From positions 1-41,291 of the forward strand of contig JAZNOD010000053.1 of assembly GCA_045580585.1 (NCBI GenBank): a stretch of 41,291 nt of DNA, in the 5' to 3' direction. The translations under genes and the position numbers were made by a program. This DNA comes from Eubacteriales bacterium. Lineage in GTDB: Bacteria; Bacillota; Clostridia; Oscillospirales; CAG-272. The notes beneath the pieces were generated by a model. It made no database searches and was not told the origin of the DNA. It was given only the letters and a program-made list of their open reading frames with translations. Numbering within the stretch: the first letter of the stretch is position 1; each line of letters starts with the position of its first letter. Shown in pieces: positions 1-8,505 of this stretch.

Positions 1-249
1 ATTGCCGAGTCGGTAAAAAAAATAGCCTCTGCCATAGTCAGAGACGAGCATACAATACTCCCCGTTTCCACTCTTGCTGACGGGCACTACGGAATTGAAG
101 GGGTATGCCTTGGACTTCCCTGCATTATCGGACGGCGCGGCATAGAGCAGGTTTTGGAAATTCCGCTAAACGAGGATGAGGAAAACAAACTGCGTGCATC
201 TGCCAAAGCCTTAAAAGGCGTGATAGACGAGTTGGAAGTAAAAATATAA
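1..249 (+). CDS. ldh: L-lactate dehydrogenase, C-terminal fragment (5' end outside the window)
   Basis: Manual translation of frame 1 gives IAESVKKIASAIVRDEHTILPVSTLADGHYGIEGVCLGLPCIIGRRGIEQVLEIPLNEDEENKLRASAKALKGVIDELEVKI*, a typical LDH/MDH-family C-terminus. Not in the ORF track. Confidence 0.85.
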   Translation: MAESVKKIASAIVRDEHTILPVSTLADGHYGIEGVCLGLPCIIGRRGIEQVLEIPLNEDEENKLRASAKALKGVIDELEVKI

Positions 250-257
250 AAATTGCA

Positions 258-292
258 AATACCCCGATGAATTAATACTTCATCGGGGTATT
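258..292. terminator. Probable bidirectional intrinsic terminator between convergent ldh and GNAT
   Basis: Perfect 14-bp inverted repeat AATACCCCGATGAA-ttaatac-TTCATCGGGGTATT between two convergent stop codons, with A/T-rich flanks. Confidence 0.8.
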
Positions 293-300
293 GTTGTCTA

Positions 301-783
301 TTATAACGGACGCTCCATATAACCGCAAGTAAATGGAAAGAAATCAAATTTTTGTGTTCCAATATGCTTAAAGTCAAAGGATTCATACCATTTTTTGAGT
401 ATTTGATTTTCTTCAACAATGCCTATGTTCATCTTTGAGCAACCCAAATTTTTTGCCGTTTCAAATGAATGAAATAGCAGCTTCTCGCCTATTTTTTGAT
501 GCCTGAATCGAGGTAATACGCATAAATTATTAAGTTCGCATTCACCGTTTTTTTGTAGCAACAATGAATAATATCCTACGATCATATTGTCAATAACAAA
601 GGCATACATAGGTCTTTTTTCATCATTGAATTGCCATGATAAACGCTGTTCCGTTGTAGCAAAGGCAGTAAAGCGAGGCGCATTTTCCACAGTAAAGCCA
701 AACTCGTTGGCTACAGTCAAAAAACTCTCCTTGATTACACGAACACATTCTTTAATGTCATTATCTTTCACAGCCTGTATCAT
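301..783 (-). CDS. GNAT-family N-acetyltransferase
   Basis: 160 aa; acetyl-CoA motif A in LCVLPRFRHQKIGEKLL, and the C-terminal N..LKKWYESFDF motif. Confidence 0.85.
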   Translation of the reverse strand: MIQAVKDNDIKECVRVIKESFLTVANEFGFTVENAPRFTAFATTEQRLSWQFNDEKRPMYAFVIDNMIVGYYSLLLQKNGECELNNLCVLPRFRHQKIGEKLLFHSFETAKNLGCSKMNIGIVEENQILKKWYESFDFKHIGTQKFDFFPFTCGYMERPL

Positions 784-801
784 ATATTTATCATCTCCTT
801 T

Positions 802-2667
802 TTACATAAGAGTTTTGACAAGAGAATCCTTGTCAACGCCCGTGGCTTCGAAAATGCTCTGACCCGCATTTGGGGTAACGAAAGCATTTTCAACTGCGCG
901 GACAGCGATATCGTTAGCGCAACCGAGCGTGCGCAAGGAAGCCGAAAGATTCATTGCAAAGCCGCCCTGCAAGATCTCCTCCTCGGCGATAAGAACCTTC
1001 GCACCGCACGGAAGAATCTGCATAATTTCTGCGGCAAGCGCGGAATACGGTGCGATATACTCGCAAAGTATCACACCGCAGGAAAAGCCTTTTTCTGCTA
1101 AAGCATTTCTCGCATCAAGAGCAGTTGATGCCATTCTGCCGTGGACGATGATGATCCTGTCGGTATTTTCCTCAACAAAGGCTGTACGAACGCCTATACA
1201 AGTCTCCTCTCTGCCTTCATAAAACGCCTTGACCACACGCTCATCCTCGACTCCGTTAGGATAACGAATTGCTGCGGGCGCATCAAGCACGAGAGCTTCA
1301 GTCATAGCATGACGTAAAGCGCCGTAGGTGGCAGGCGTATAAATTTTAAGGTCAGGAATTCCCGACAAAAACGAAACGTCGAACGCGCCGTGGTGAGTAG
1401 CGCCGTCGCCGGAATTTAAACCCGCGCGATCAATGCAGAAAAGTACGGGCAAGCCTTGAAGAGCAACGTCATGCAAAACATTATCGTACGCGCGCTGTAA
1501 AAAAGTAGAATATATGGCGCAAATCGGGCGCATTCCGTCAGCCGCGAGACCTGCAGCAAAGGTGACGGCGTGCTCCTCGGCAATACCTACGTCAAAAAAT
1601 CTATCGAAAAAAATTTTTTCAAACCTTGTAAGCCCCGTTCCTTGACTCATAGCGGCAGTTATTGCGCAGATCCTATCGTCTTTTGATGCAAAATCACAAA
1701 TAAAATCTCCAAATGCACAAGAAAAGCCACCAGCAGGCTTACTTCCTTTTTGTGGAACGGAATGAAATCTGTCCGGGTCTGTCTCTGCGGGCGCGTATCC
1801 TTTTCCTTTTTTTGTTTTCAGATGAACTACCGCGCTTTCGCCGCATTTCTTTGCCTCGCGCAGAAGGTTCTCGACGTCCTCGAGATTGTTTCCGTCAACG
1901 GGACCGAGATAATAAAGTCCAAGATTTTCAAAATAATTAGAGCCGTACAGAAGATTTTTAAGCGATTTTTTGACTCCGACAGCAAGTGAAACGAGTGGCT
2001 TGCCTATGAGAGGTATCTTTTTCAAAAATCCGCGTGTTGCCGCTTTAGTTCGAAAATATCCCGGGCGCATACGAATCTTTGAGATACTTTTGGCAAAGCC
2101 GCCTATGTTTTTAGAGATAGACATCTCATTCTCATTGATAACTACGATAAGCCGAAGCCCACTATGCTCGTCGCAATTATTGAGCGCCTCGTGAATCATA
2201 CCGCCCGTAAACGCTCCGTCGCCAACAACGGCGATAGCATAATTATCACCGTTTTTTATCCTTTGCGCTTCCGCGATACCGAGTGCGGCTGAAATCGAAG
2301 TAGAGCTATGCCCCGCCCCAAAGGGATCGTGCACGCTTTCAGTTCTCTTGGTAAACCCCGAAAGACCGCCCAACGTGCGTAAGGTGTCAAACTGTTCACG
2401 TCGGCCCGTAAGAATCTTATGAACGTAGCTTTGATGACCTACATCCCACACGATCTTATCGTTTGGACTGTCAAAAGTGCGATGAAGCGCAAGAGTTAAT
2501 TCAACGACTCCGAGATTTGAGGCGAGATGTCCGCCCGTAACGCAAACCTTGTCTATAAGATATTCCCTTATCTCGCTCGCAAGCTGTTCCGCTTGCTTTG
2601 TAGTAAGCGCCTTAACATCGCTCGGAGAGTTTATTGTCTCCAAAATGGGATATTTTTTATCCTGCAT
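802..2667 (-). CDS. dxs: 1-deoxy-D-xylulose-5-phosphate synthase
   Basis: GGHLASNLGVVELT, WDVGHQSYVHKILTGR, ThDP motif GDGAFTGG..HEALNN, FDVGIAEEHA, YSTFLQRAYD, DGATHHG. Start placed at ATG 2667, which follows a GGAG RBS. Confidence 0.96.
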   Translation of the reverse strand: MQDKKYPILETINSPSDVKALTTKQAEQLASEIREYLIDKVCVTGGHLASNLGVVELTLALHRTFDSPNDKIVWDVGHQSYVHKILTGRREQFDTLRTLGGLSGFTKRTESVHDPFGAGHSSTSISAALGIAEAQRIKNGDNYAIAVVGDGAFTGGMIHEALNNCDEHSGLRLIVVINENEMSISKNIGGFAKSISKIRMRPGYFRTKAATRGFLKKIPLIGKPLVSLAVGVKKSLKNLLYGSNYFENLGLYYLGPVDGNNLEDVENLLREAKKCGESAVVHLKTKKGKGYAPAETDPDRFHSVPQKGSKPAGGFSCAFGDFICDFASKDDRICAITAAMSQGTGLTRFEKIFFDRFFDVGIAEEHAVTFAAGLAADGMRPICAIYSTFLQRAYDNVLHDVALQGLPVLFCIDRAGLNSGDGATHHGAFDVSFLSGIPDLKIYTPATYGALRHAMTEALVLDAPAAIRYPNGVEDERVVKAFYEGREETCIGVRTAFVEENTDRIIIVHGRMASTALDARNALAEKGFSCGVILCEYIAPYSALAAEIMQILPCGAKVLIAEEEILQGGFAMNLSASLRTLGCANDIAVRAVENAFVTPNAGQSIFEATGVDKDSLVKTLM

Positions 2668-2709
2668 TTTATACTCCAAAATATTTTCCCCAAACGAGGA
2701 AATTTATAA

Positions 2710-2892
2710 TCACTCTGCGTCAAATCCGAGATCGTCAAGAAGCTCTGCGGTCTTTGCAACATCCGACTCTTTGACAGTTACGGTTTTCGCGCCAAGGTCT
2801 ATATCTGCTGTAATGTTTTCTGCATCAAGTGCTTTTTTTATGCGGTTTACACAGTTGATGCAATGCATATCGGGTACTTTAAGTGTTTTCAT
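2710..2892 (-). CDS. copZ: Copper chaperone (HMA domain)
   Basis: 60 aa with the metal-binding motif MHCINC, directly downstream of copA. Confidence 0.88.
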   Translation of the reverse strand: MKTLKVPDMHCINCVNRIKKALDAENITADIDLGAKTVTVKESDVAKTAELLDDLGFDAE

Positions 2893-2908
2893 TTTTAGTC
2901 TCCTTGAA

Positions 2909-5158
2909 TTATAGTTTTATTCTTCCAAGCCGCAGGGCATTTCCTACTACAAAAAGTGAGCTAAGGCTCATAGCAAGACCGCCAAGCATTGGGGTAAGGG
3001 TGATGCCGAGAGGATAAAGGACACCTGCGGCAACAGGAATGGCAAGAATATTGTATATAAATGCCCAAAATAGATTTTGTCTGATATTGCGTATGGTTTT
3101 TTTACCAAGTATAATAGCACGGCAAACGTCCTCTGTATCACTGCGCATAAGCACTATGTCAGCGGAATCAATCGCTATATCGCTACCGTTTCCGATAGCA
3201 ACGCCTATATCCGCCTCGGTAAGTGCGGGGGCATCGTTAATACCGTCGCCTATCATCATAACAGTCTCCCCGTCACGCTTATAGCGCGATACGACATCTG
3301 CTTTTTCGGTTGGAAGCACGTCGGAGATGACCTCATCAATGCCTGCCGCTTTTGCTATTGCATTAGCCGCGGCAGAGTTGTCACCAGTCAAAAGAACTGT
3401 TTTTACCCCCATATCGCGCAAACGCGCTACGGTTTGCGGCGCGTTATCCTTTATCGTATCCGCAACCGCGGCTATTCCAACGATAGCACCGTCAACAGAG
3501 ATACAAATTACCGTTTTTCCCATTCCCTGAAGCGAGAAAATCATTTCACTTACGGCAGATATATCTATATTTTCGCTCGACATAAGCTTCGGGTTACCAG
3601 CCAGCAAGTATTTTTCATCTTCGGTCACGGCACTAACACCAAGCCCTGTGAGAACACGCATATTGTGTAATGATACATCCGCGCGAATGCCGTTCGTGTC
3701 TCCCCATTCGACAATGGCACGCGCTATCGGGTGGTCAGAAAGCCGTTCTACACTATAAAGCATAGTAGCAAGCTCGTTTTTGCTGACATTTCCAAGTGGA
3801 ACAAGGTCTGTAAGTGACGGTTTTCCCTCTGTGATAGTTCCTGTCTTATCAAACACGGCAATCGTTGTGCGGTGGGTTATCTCAAGCGCCTCGCCGCTTC
3901 TGATAAGCACGCCGTGTTGTGCCCCAAGTCCCGTTGCTACCATTATGGCAGTGGGTGTCGCAAGCCCCATGGCGCACGGACAAGCGATAACAAGGACAGA
4001 GGTGAATATTTTGATAGCAAACGAAACGTCACCGTTAATAATAAGCCACACAAGTCCCGCAAGAGTTGAAATAGCAATAACTACGGGAACAAACACACCC
4101 GCAACACGGTCTGCGGTCTTTGAGATCGGAGCCTTCTTGCCTTGCGCATCCTCGACGAATTTAACTATCTTCGCAAGTGTTGTATCGCTTCCCGTATGAG
4201 TTACGCAAACGTATATAACTCCGTCAGAAAGCACACTTCCGCCTATCACACGCTCGCCTGCCGTTTTTTCTACAGGAAGGCTCTCGCCCGTGATCATAGC
4301 TTCATTGATGCTGCCCGCACCTTTTGTTATCTCTCCGTCAAGCGGAATATGCTCCCCCGCCCTAACAATAAAAATGTCACCAACGCGCACCTCACTAATG
4401 GGGAGCGTTTTTTCGGTATCACCCACTACTACGTTTGCGGTGTCAGGGGAAAGACTCATCAGCTTTGTAATAGCAGATTTCGTTTTTTCGCCGCTACGCG
4501 CCTCAAGATATTTTCCGACAGAAACAAGCGTTATAACGGTTGCCGCCGCCTCAAAATACAGTTGATGCACGAGGTGGGGATGGTCCGCAATAAGAAACGT
4601 CACAACAAGGCTATACGAAAACGATGCCGCAGAGCTGATCGCTACGAGCGTATTCATATTAGGACTTCCGTGCAGGAGCGAACCAATACCGCCAATAAAA
4701 TAATCCTTTCCTATAACGAGTACGGGAATAGCGAGAATGAGTTGTAAAAGCGCAAAATTTTGGGGATGTGTTTCCGGGGCGAAGATGCTCGGAAGCGGAA
4801 AATTCGAAAACATCATATGCCCCATCGAAACGCACATGAGCAAAGACGCAAAGATTGCAGATGTTATAAGACCTATTCTCTTTTGTCTGAGCTTTTTTCC
4901 ACTATCGTCATTTTCGACCGGTTTGCTTTGCTCCTTTTTTTCTTCAAGGTGGAGCTTGGCTGAAAAACCGGCCTTTCCGACCTTATTTATTATCATTTCT
5001 TGAGTGGTCTGCGACTCGTCATAAACTATAGTGAGCCGCGCAAGCGTAAGATTGACATCACTACGCTCAACTCCGGGTAGCTTGCGTGTTACTCGCTCCA
5101 CAGCCGCAGAGCAAGCCGCGCAATGCATACCGCCTATATCGTATACTTCTTCTCTCAT
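2909..5158 (-). CDS. copA: Copper-translocating P1B-type ATPase
   Basis: N-terminal GMHCAAC HMA domain, TGES, CPC, DKTGT, HP, GDGIND, YN and MSLSS (Cu+ P1B-1 signature). Start placed at ATG 5158, after GAAGG and downstream of the promoter. Confidence 0.95.
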   Translation of the reverse strand: MREEVYDIGGMHCAACSAAVERVTRKLPGVERSDVNLTLARLTIVYDESQTTQEMIINKVGKAGFSAKLHLEEKKEQSKPVENDDSGKKLRQKRIGLITSAIFASLLMCVSMGHMMFSNFPLPSIFAPETHPQNFALLQLILAIPVLVIGKDYFIGGIGSLLHGSPNMNTLVAISSAASFSYSLVVTFLIADHPHLVHQLYFEAAATVITLVSVGKYLEARSGEKTKSAITKLMSLSPDTANVVVGDTEKTLPISEVRVGDIFIVRAGEHIPLDGEITKGAGSINEAMITGESLPVEKTAGERVIGGSVLSDGVIYVCVTHTGSDTTLAKIVKFVEDAQGKKAPISKTADRVAGVFVPVVIAISTLAGLVWLIINGDVSFAIKIFTSVLVIACPCAMGLATPTAIMVATGLGAQHGVLIRSGEALEITHRTTIAVFDKTGTITEGKPSLTDLVPLGNVSKNELATMLYSVERLSDHPIARAIVEWGDTNGIRADVSLHNMRVLTGLGVSAVTEDEKYLLAGNPKLMSSENIDISAVSEMIFSLQGMGKTVICISVDGAIVGIAAVADTIKDNAPQTVARLRDMGVKTVLLTGDNSAAANAIAKAAGIDEVISDVLPTEKADVVSRYKRDGETVMMIGDGINDAPALTEADIGVAIGNGSDIAIDSADIVLMRSDTEDVCRAIILGKKTIRNIRQNLFWAFIYNILAIPVAAGVLYPLGITLTPMLGGLAMSLSSLFVVGNALRLGRIKL

Positions 5159-5180
5159 AACTTTACCTTCTTCAATGGAG

Positions 5181-5194
5181 TTAGTCAAGACTAA
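5181..5194. promoter_or_regulatory. Palindromic putative repressor operator at the copA promoter
   Basis: TTAGTC-AA-GACTAA, a perfect 6-2-6 inverted repeat immediately downstream of the -10 box, over the expected transcription start. Confidence 0.6.
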
Positions 5195-5222
5195 TTATAC
5201 ATTCATTTTCCTAAAAAGTCAA
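5194..5222 (-). promoter_or_regulatory. Sigma-A promoter for copA-copZ
   Basis: Minus strand reads TTGACT-N17-TATAAT (-35 at 5217-5222, -10 at 5194-5199). Confidence 0.8.
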
Positions 5223-5223
5223 G

Positions 5224-7602
5224 TCAATTTTTATGGTAAACCTCTGTGGCAAATTTGACGATTGCCATAGCATCAGGGGAGTATTTATCTGCTCCGATGC
5301 GTTTCGCATACTCCTCTGTCAACACCGCGCCGCCAACAACCACCTTGACCTCAGGCAAAGCCGCACGCAGTGCTTTTATACTTCTTTCCATAGCGGGAAC
5401 GGTGGTTGTCATCAGCGCAGAAAGTCCAACAATGGCCGCACCCGTTTCTTTTGCGGCGGCAACGATTGCATCGGCAGGAACGTCTCTGCCAAGGTCGACA
5501 ACCTCAAAGCCATAGCTTCGAAGCATTACGCAAACGATGTTTTTGCCTATATCGTGGACGTCGCCCTCTACGGTAGCCATAATGACTTTCCCCGCGTTTA
5601 CACTCTCTCCGCCTTGGGCGAGAATTTGCTCGGAAACAATTCCGAGGGCGGCAACAGCCGCGTCGGCGCAAGACAAAAGTCCGGGGAGGAATATTCTTCC
5701 CGCTTCAAACTCCCGTCCCGCCTCCTCAAGCGCGGGAACTATTTTTGTATCTATTACGGCTTTGGGTGAGATATTATTGCATTCCTCTATCGCAAGCGCG
5801 ACGGCACGGCTCTTCATACCTCCGTATATCGCACCGGTAAGGTCATCGCCCCGTGCCTTAACGACCGTAGCGGCGTTAAGGTGTGCTCCAAGTCTGTCAA
5901 GCGCACCGCCATCGTTGACGCTCTCCCCTCTCGCGACACTCATCATAGATGCGGAATTGGGGTTAAGAATCGCGGCAGAAAGCCCGGCGGCAATAGCGGC
6001 GGTAAGAAAATCGGTATTTACCTTATCTCTGTCGGGCAGCCCAAAGGAAATATTCGACACGCCAAGAGAGGTAGCAACACCAAGCTCCTCTTTTATAATT
6101 TTGACTGCGCCAAGTGTTTTTTGGGCGGCAAGAGGATCGGCTCCGAGTGTAAGTGTCAGAGGATCTATAAGTATATCCTCCTTGGGGATACCGTATTCTG
6201 CCGCTTTTTTGACAATGCGTTTTGCTATCTCAAATCTTCCGATAGCGCTATCGGGGATACCGCTTTCATCAAGCGTGAGCGCAACTATCATTCCGCCGTA
6301 TTTGGCGGCAAGAGGCAAGATTGCGGACATAGATGCCTCACTTCCGTTAACGGAATTTATTAGCGCCTTTCCGTGATATCTGCGAAGCGCCGCTTCCATA
6401 GCTGTGGGAAGCGCGGTGTCGATCTGCAACGGAAGGTCGCATACCGCTTGAATGCGCTCAACGGTTTCGGTGAGCATAGCGCATTCGTCTATCTCGGGCA
6501 ATCCAACGTTTACGTCAAGCACATCCGCACCTGCCGCCGCCTGCGTATGAGCCTCATTCACTGCGTAATCAACGTCGCCGCGTCGGAGCGCATCCTTGAA
6601 TTTCGGTTTACCCGTGGGATTTATTCTTTCACCGATTATTGTAAGTCTATCTTCGCCAAGATCACAAACACGAGTGGCTGAAGTTATTATTGAGCGTTTT
6701 ACAACCTCACGCCGCGCCACAGAAAGTCCGGATACTTTTTCGGCAAGGCGAGCAATATATTCAGGAGTAGTTCCGCAACAGCCCCCGAGGAGCGATGCTC
6801 CTGCCTTTGCCATCTCAATCATCGCATCTGCAAATTCATCGGCTGAAACGTCATATACGGTCTTTCCATCGTCATCTGTGCGAGGAAGTCCCGCATTGGG
6901 GTTTACCGCGATTGGCAACGATGTCACCGAGGCAATATTGGGAAGTATTTTTAACATTTCGCGAGGGCCGAGCGAGCAGTTCATACCTACGGCATCAGCG
7001 CCAAGCCCCGACAAAACCGTCGAAACCACAATTGCGTCAGAACCGGTAAAAAGTCTGCCATCCGCGCCGTAAACATTTGTTACGACAACAGGAAGATCGC
7101 AGTTCTCCTTTACAGCAAGAAGCGCAGCGCGCGTTTCTGCAATATCTCCAAAGGTCTCAAGAAGAACGAGATCTGCCCCGTCCTTGCCCGCATTTACGGT
7201 TCGCGCAAACGTGGAAACGGCATCCTCAAAATCTATCCTGTCCGCTCCGTCTCCGACAAGCTTGCCGAGAGGTCCTATATCAAGTGCGACAAACACCGAT
7301 TTACTCGCTGTATCTGCCGCCTCGCGCGCGCACGAAACAGCCGCACCAACGATCTGCTCGACGCTGTATTTTCCGCCATCGGGGAAACGAAGCGCGTTTG
7401 CGCCAAAGCTATTGGTTTTTATTATATCAGCGCCTGCTGATATGTACTCCTTATGCAACGCGATAATATCGTCAGCACGGTCAACACACCACACCTCGGG
7501 TTTTTCGCCGGCTGCAAGTCCGCGGGATTGAAGCATTGTGCCTGCCGCACCATCGAATATCAATATACGCGTGCCTAATAATTGTTTAAAATTTGATTTC
7601 AT
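5224..7602 (-). CDS. metH: Cobalamin-dependent methionine synthase (homocysteine, pterin-binding and B12-binding domains; no AdoMet reactivation domain)
   Basis: FDGAAGTML, GMNCS and GGCCGT Zn ligands, IIGERINPTGK, B12 motif DVHDIGKNIV, SALMTTT, GGAV. The protein ends right after the B12 domain at 792 aa. Confidence 0.92.
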   Translation of the reverse strand: MKSNFKQLLGTRILIFDGAAGTMLQSRGLAAGEKPEVWCVDRADDIIALHKEYISAGADIIKTNSFGANALRFPDGGKYSVEQIVGAAVSCAREAADTASKSVFVALDIGPLGKLVGDGADRIDFEDAVSTFARTVNAGKDGADLVLLETFGDIAETRAALLAVKENCDLPVVVTNVYGADGRLFTGSDAIVVSTVLSGLGADAVGMNCSLGPREMLKILPNIASVTSLPIAVNPNAGLPRTDDDGKTVYDVSADEFADAMIEMAKAGASLLGGCCGTTPEYIARLAEKVSGLSVARREVVKRSIITSATRVCDLGEDRLTIIGERINPTGKPKFKDALRRGDVDYAVNEAHTQAAAGADVLDVNVGLPEIDECAMLTETVERIQAVCDLPLQIDTALPTAMEAALRRYHGKALINSVNGSEASMSAILPLAAKYGGMIVALTLDESGIPDSAIGRFEIAKRIVKKAAEYGIPKEDILIDPLTLTLGADPLAAQKTLGAVKIIKEELGVATSLGVSNISFGLPDRDKVNTDFLTAAIAAGLSAAILNPNSASMMSVARGESVNDGGALDRLGAHLNAATVVKARGDDLTGAIYGGMKSRAVALAIEECNNISPKAVIDTKIVPALEEAGREFEAGRIFLPGLLSCADAAVAALGIVSEQILAQGGESVNAGKVIMATVEGDVHDIGKNIVCVMLRSYGFEVVDLGRDVPADAIVAAAKETGAAIVGLSALMTTTVPAMERSIKALRAALPEVKVVVGGAVLTEEYAKRIGADKYSPDAMAIVKFATEVYHKN

Positions 7603-8495
7603 TATAATTTACCCGAAAACAGCTCTGCGCCGAAATAATTTGAAAGGGACGTGCCTATTTCAATTGCGGTTTCGGGGCTGTTCATTGAATACAAATGTAT
7701 GAATTTAAATCCGTGATTATAAAGGTCAGCAATCTGAAGTGTTGCAAAATCCAAACCAAAGCGGCGCATAGCAACAGGATCGTCTGCGTACTTTTCAGCA
7801 CAGCACTTCATGGTGTCGGGGATTACCGAGCCCGAAAGGCTCTCGATCCTGCCAAACTGCTTAATGCTCGTTATTGGCATGATTCCCGCTGTAATAGGAA
7901 CGTTGATCCCTTTGGCAAGCGTTTTTTCATAAAAACGGTAGAAAACGGAATTATCAAGAAAAAGTTGTGTCGTCAGAAAATCGCATCCCATATCGACCTT
8001 CATTTTTAGAAAATCAAGGTCACTATCCATCGTTTCTGCCTCGGGGTGTCCCTCAGGATAGCAAGCCCCTCCAATACAAAAATCGCTATACTTCTTTATG
8101 TAGGAAACAAGGTCGCTTGCGTGCTTAAAATGCCAATTTTCGGGCTTTTCGCCCTCCGGCATATCACCGCGCAGAGCCAGCACGTTCTCAATACCCGCAG
8201 CTTTCATAAGATCAAGACGTTCTTTTATATTCTCAACGCTAGATCCAACACAGGTAAGGTGGTGTACAACAGGAACGTTATACTTTTTTTCAATATTTTC
8301 AGCAATTGGCAGAGTAAATTTCGATCCCGTTCCGCCTGCACCATACGTAACGCTCATATAAGCGGGGGCGATGGCTGCAAGCTTTTCGGTAGCTACCCTT
8401 ACCTTTTCAAACGAATCACTCGTTTTGGGTGGAAACACTTCTATCGAGAGTGTTTTTTTATTTCTTGCAAGAATTTCGCTTACTTTCATATCCAT
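7602..8495 (-). CDS. metF: 5,10-methylenetetrahydrofolate reductase
   Basis: SIEVFPPK, SVTYGAGG, HLTC, LALRGD, YPEGH, TQLFLDN, HLYSMN. Stop overlaps the metH start; alternative ATG at 8489. Confidence 0.93.
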   Translation of the reverse strand: MDMKVSEILARNKKTLSIEVFPPKTSDSFEKVRVATEKLAAIAPAYMSVTYGAGGTGSKFTLPIAENIEKKYNVPVVHHLTCVGSSVENIKERLDLMKAAGIENVLALRGDMPEGEKPENWHFKHASDLVSYIKKYSDFCIGGACYPEGHPEAETMDSDLDFLKMKVDMGCDFLTTQLFLDNSVFYRFYEKTLAKGINVPITAGIMPITSIKQFGRIESLSGSVIPDTMKCCAEKYADDPVAMRRFGLDFATLQIADLYNHGFKFIHLYSMNSPETAIEIGTSLSNYFGAELFSGKL

Positions 8496-8505
8496 AAACT
8501 CCTTG

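Noticed and set aside
5537-6376. Long antisense ORFs (here, and for example 17108-17788, 22189-22830, 32216-32935, 32932-33678)
   Set aside because: They lie opposite well-conserved genes and have no recognisable motifs; typical shadow ORFs.
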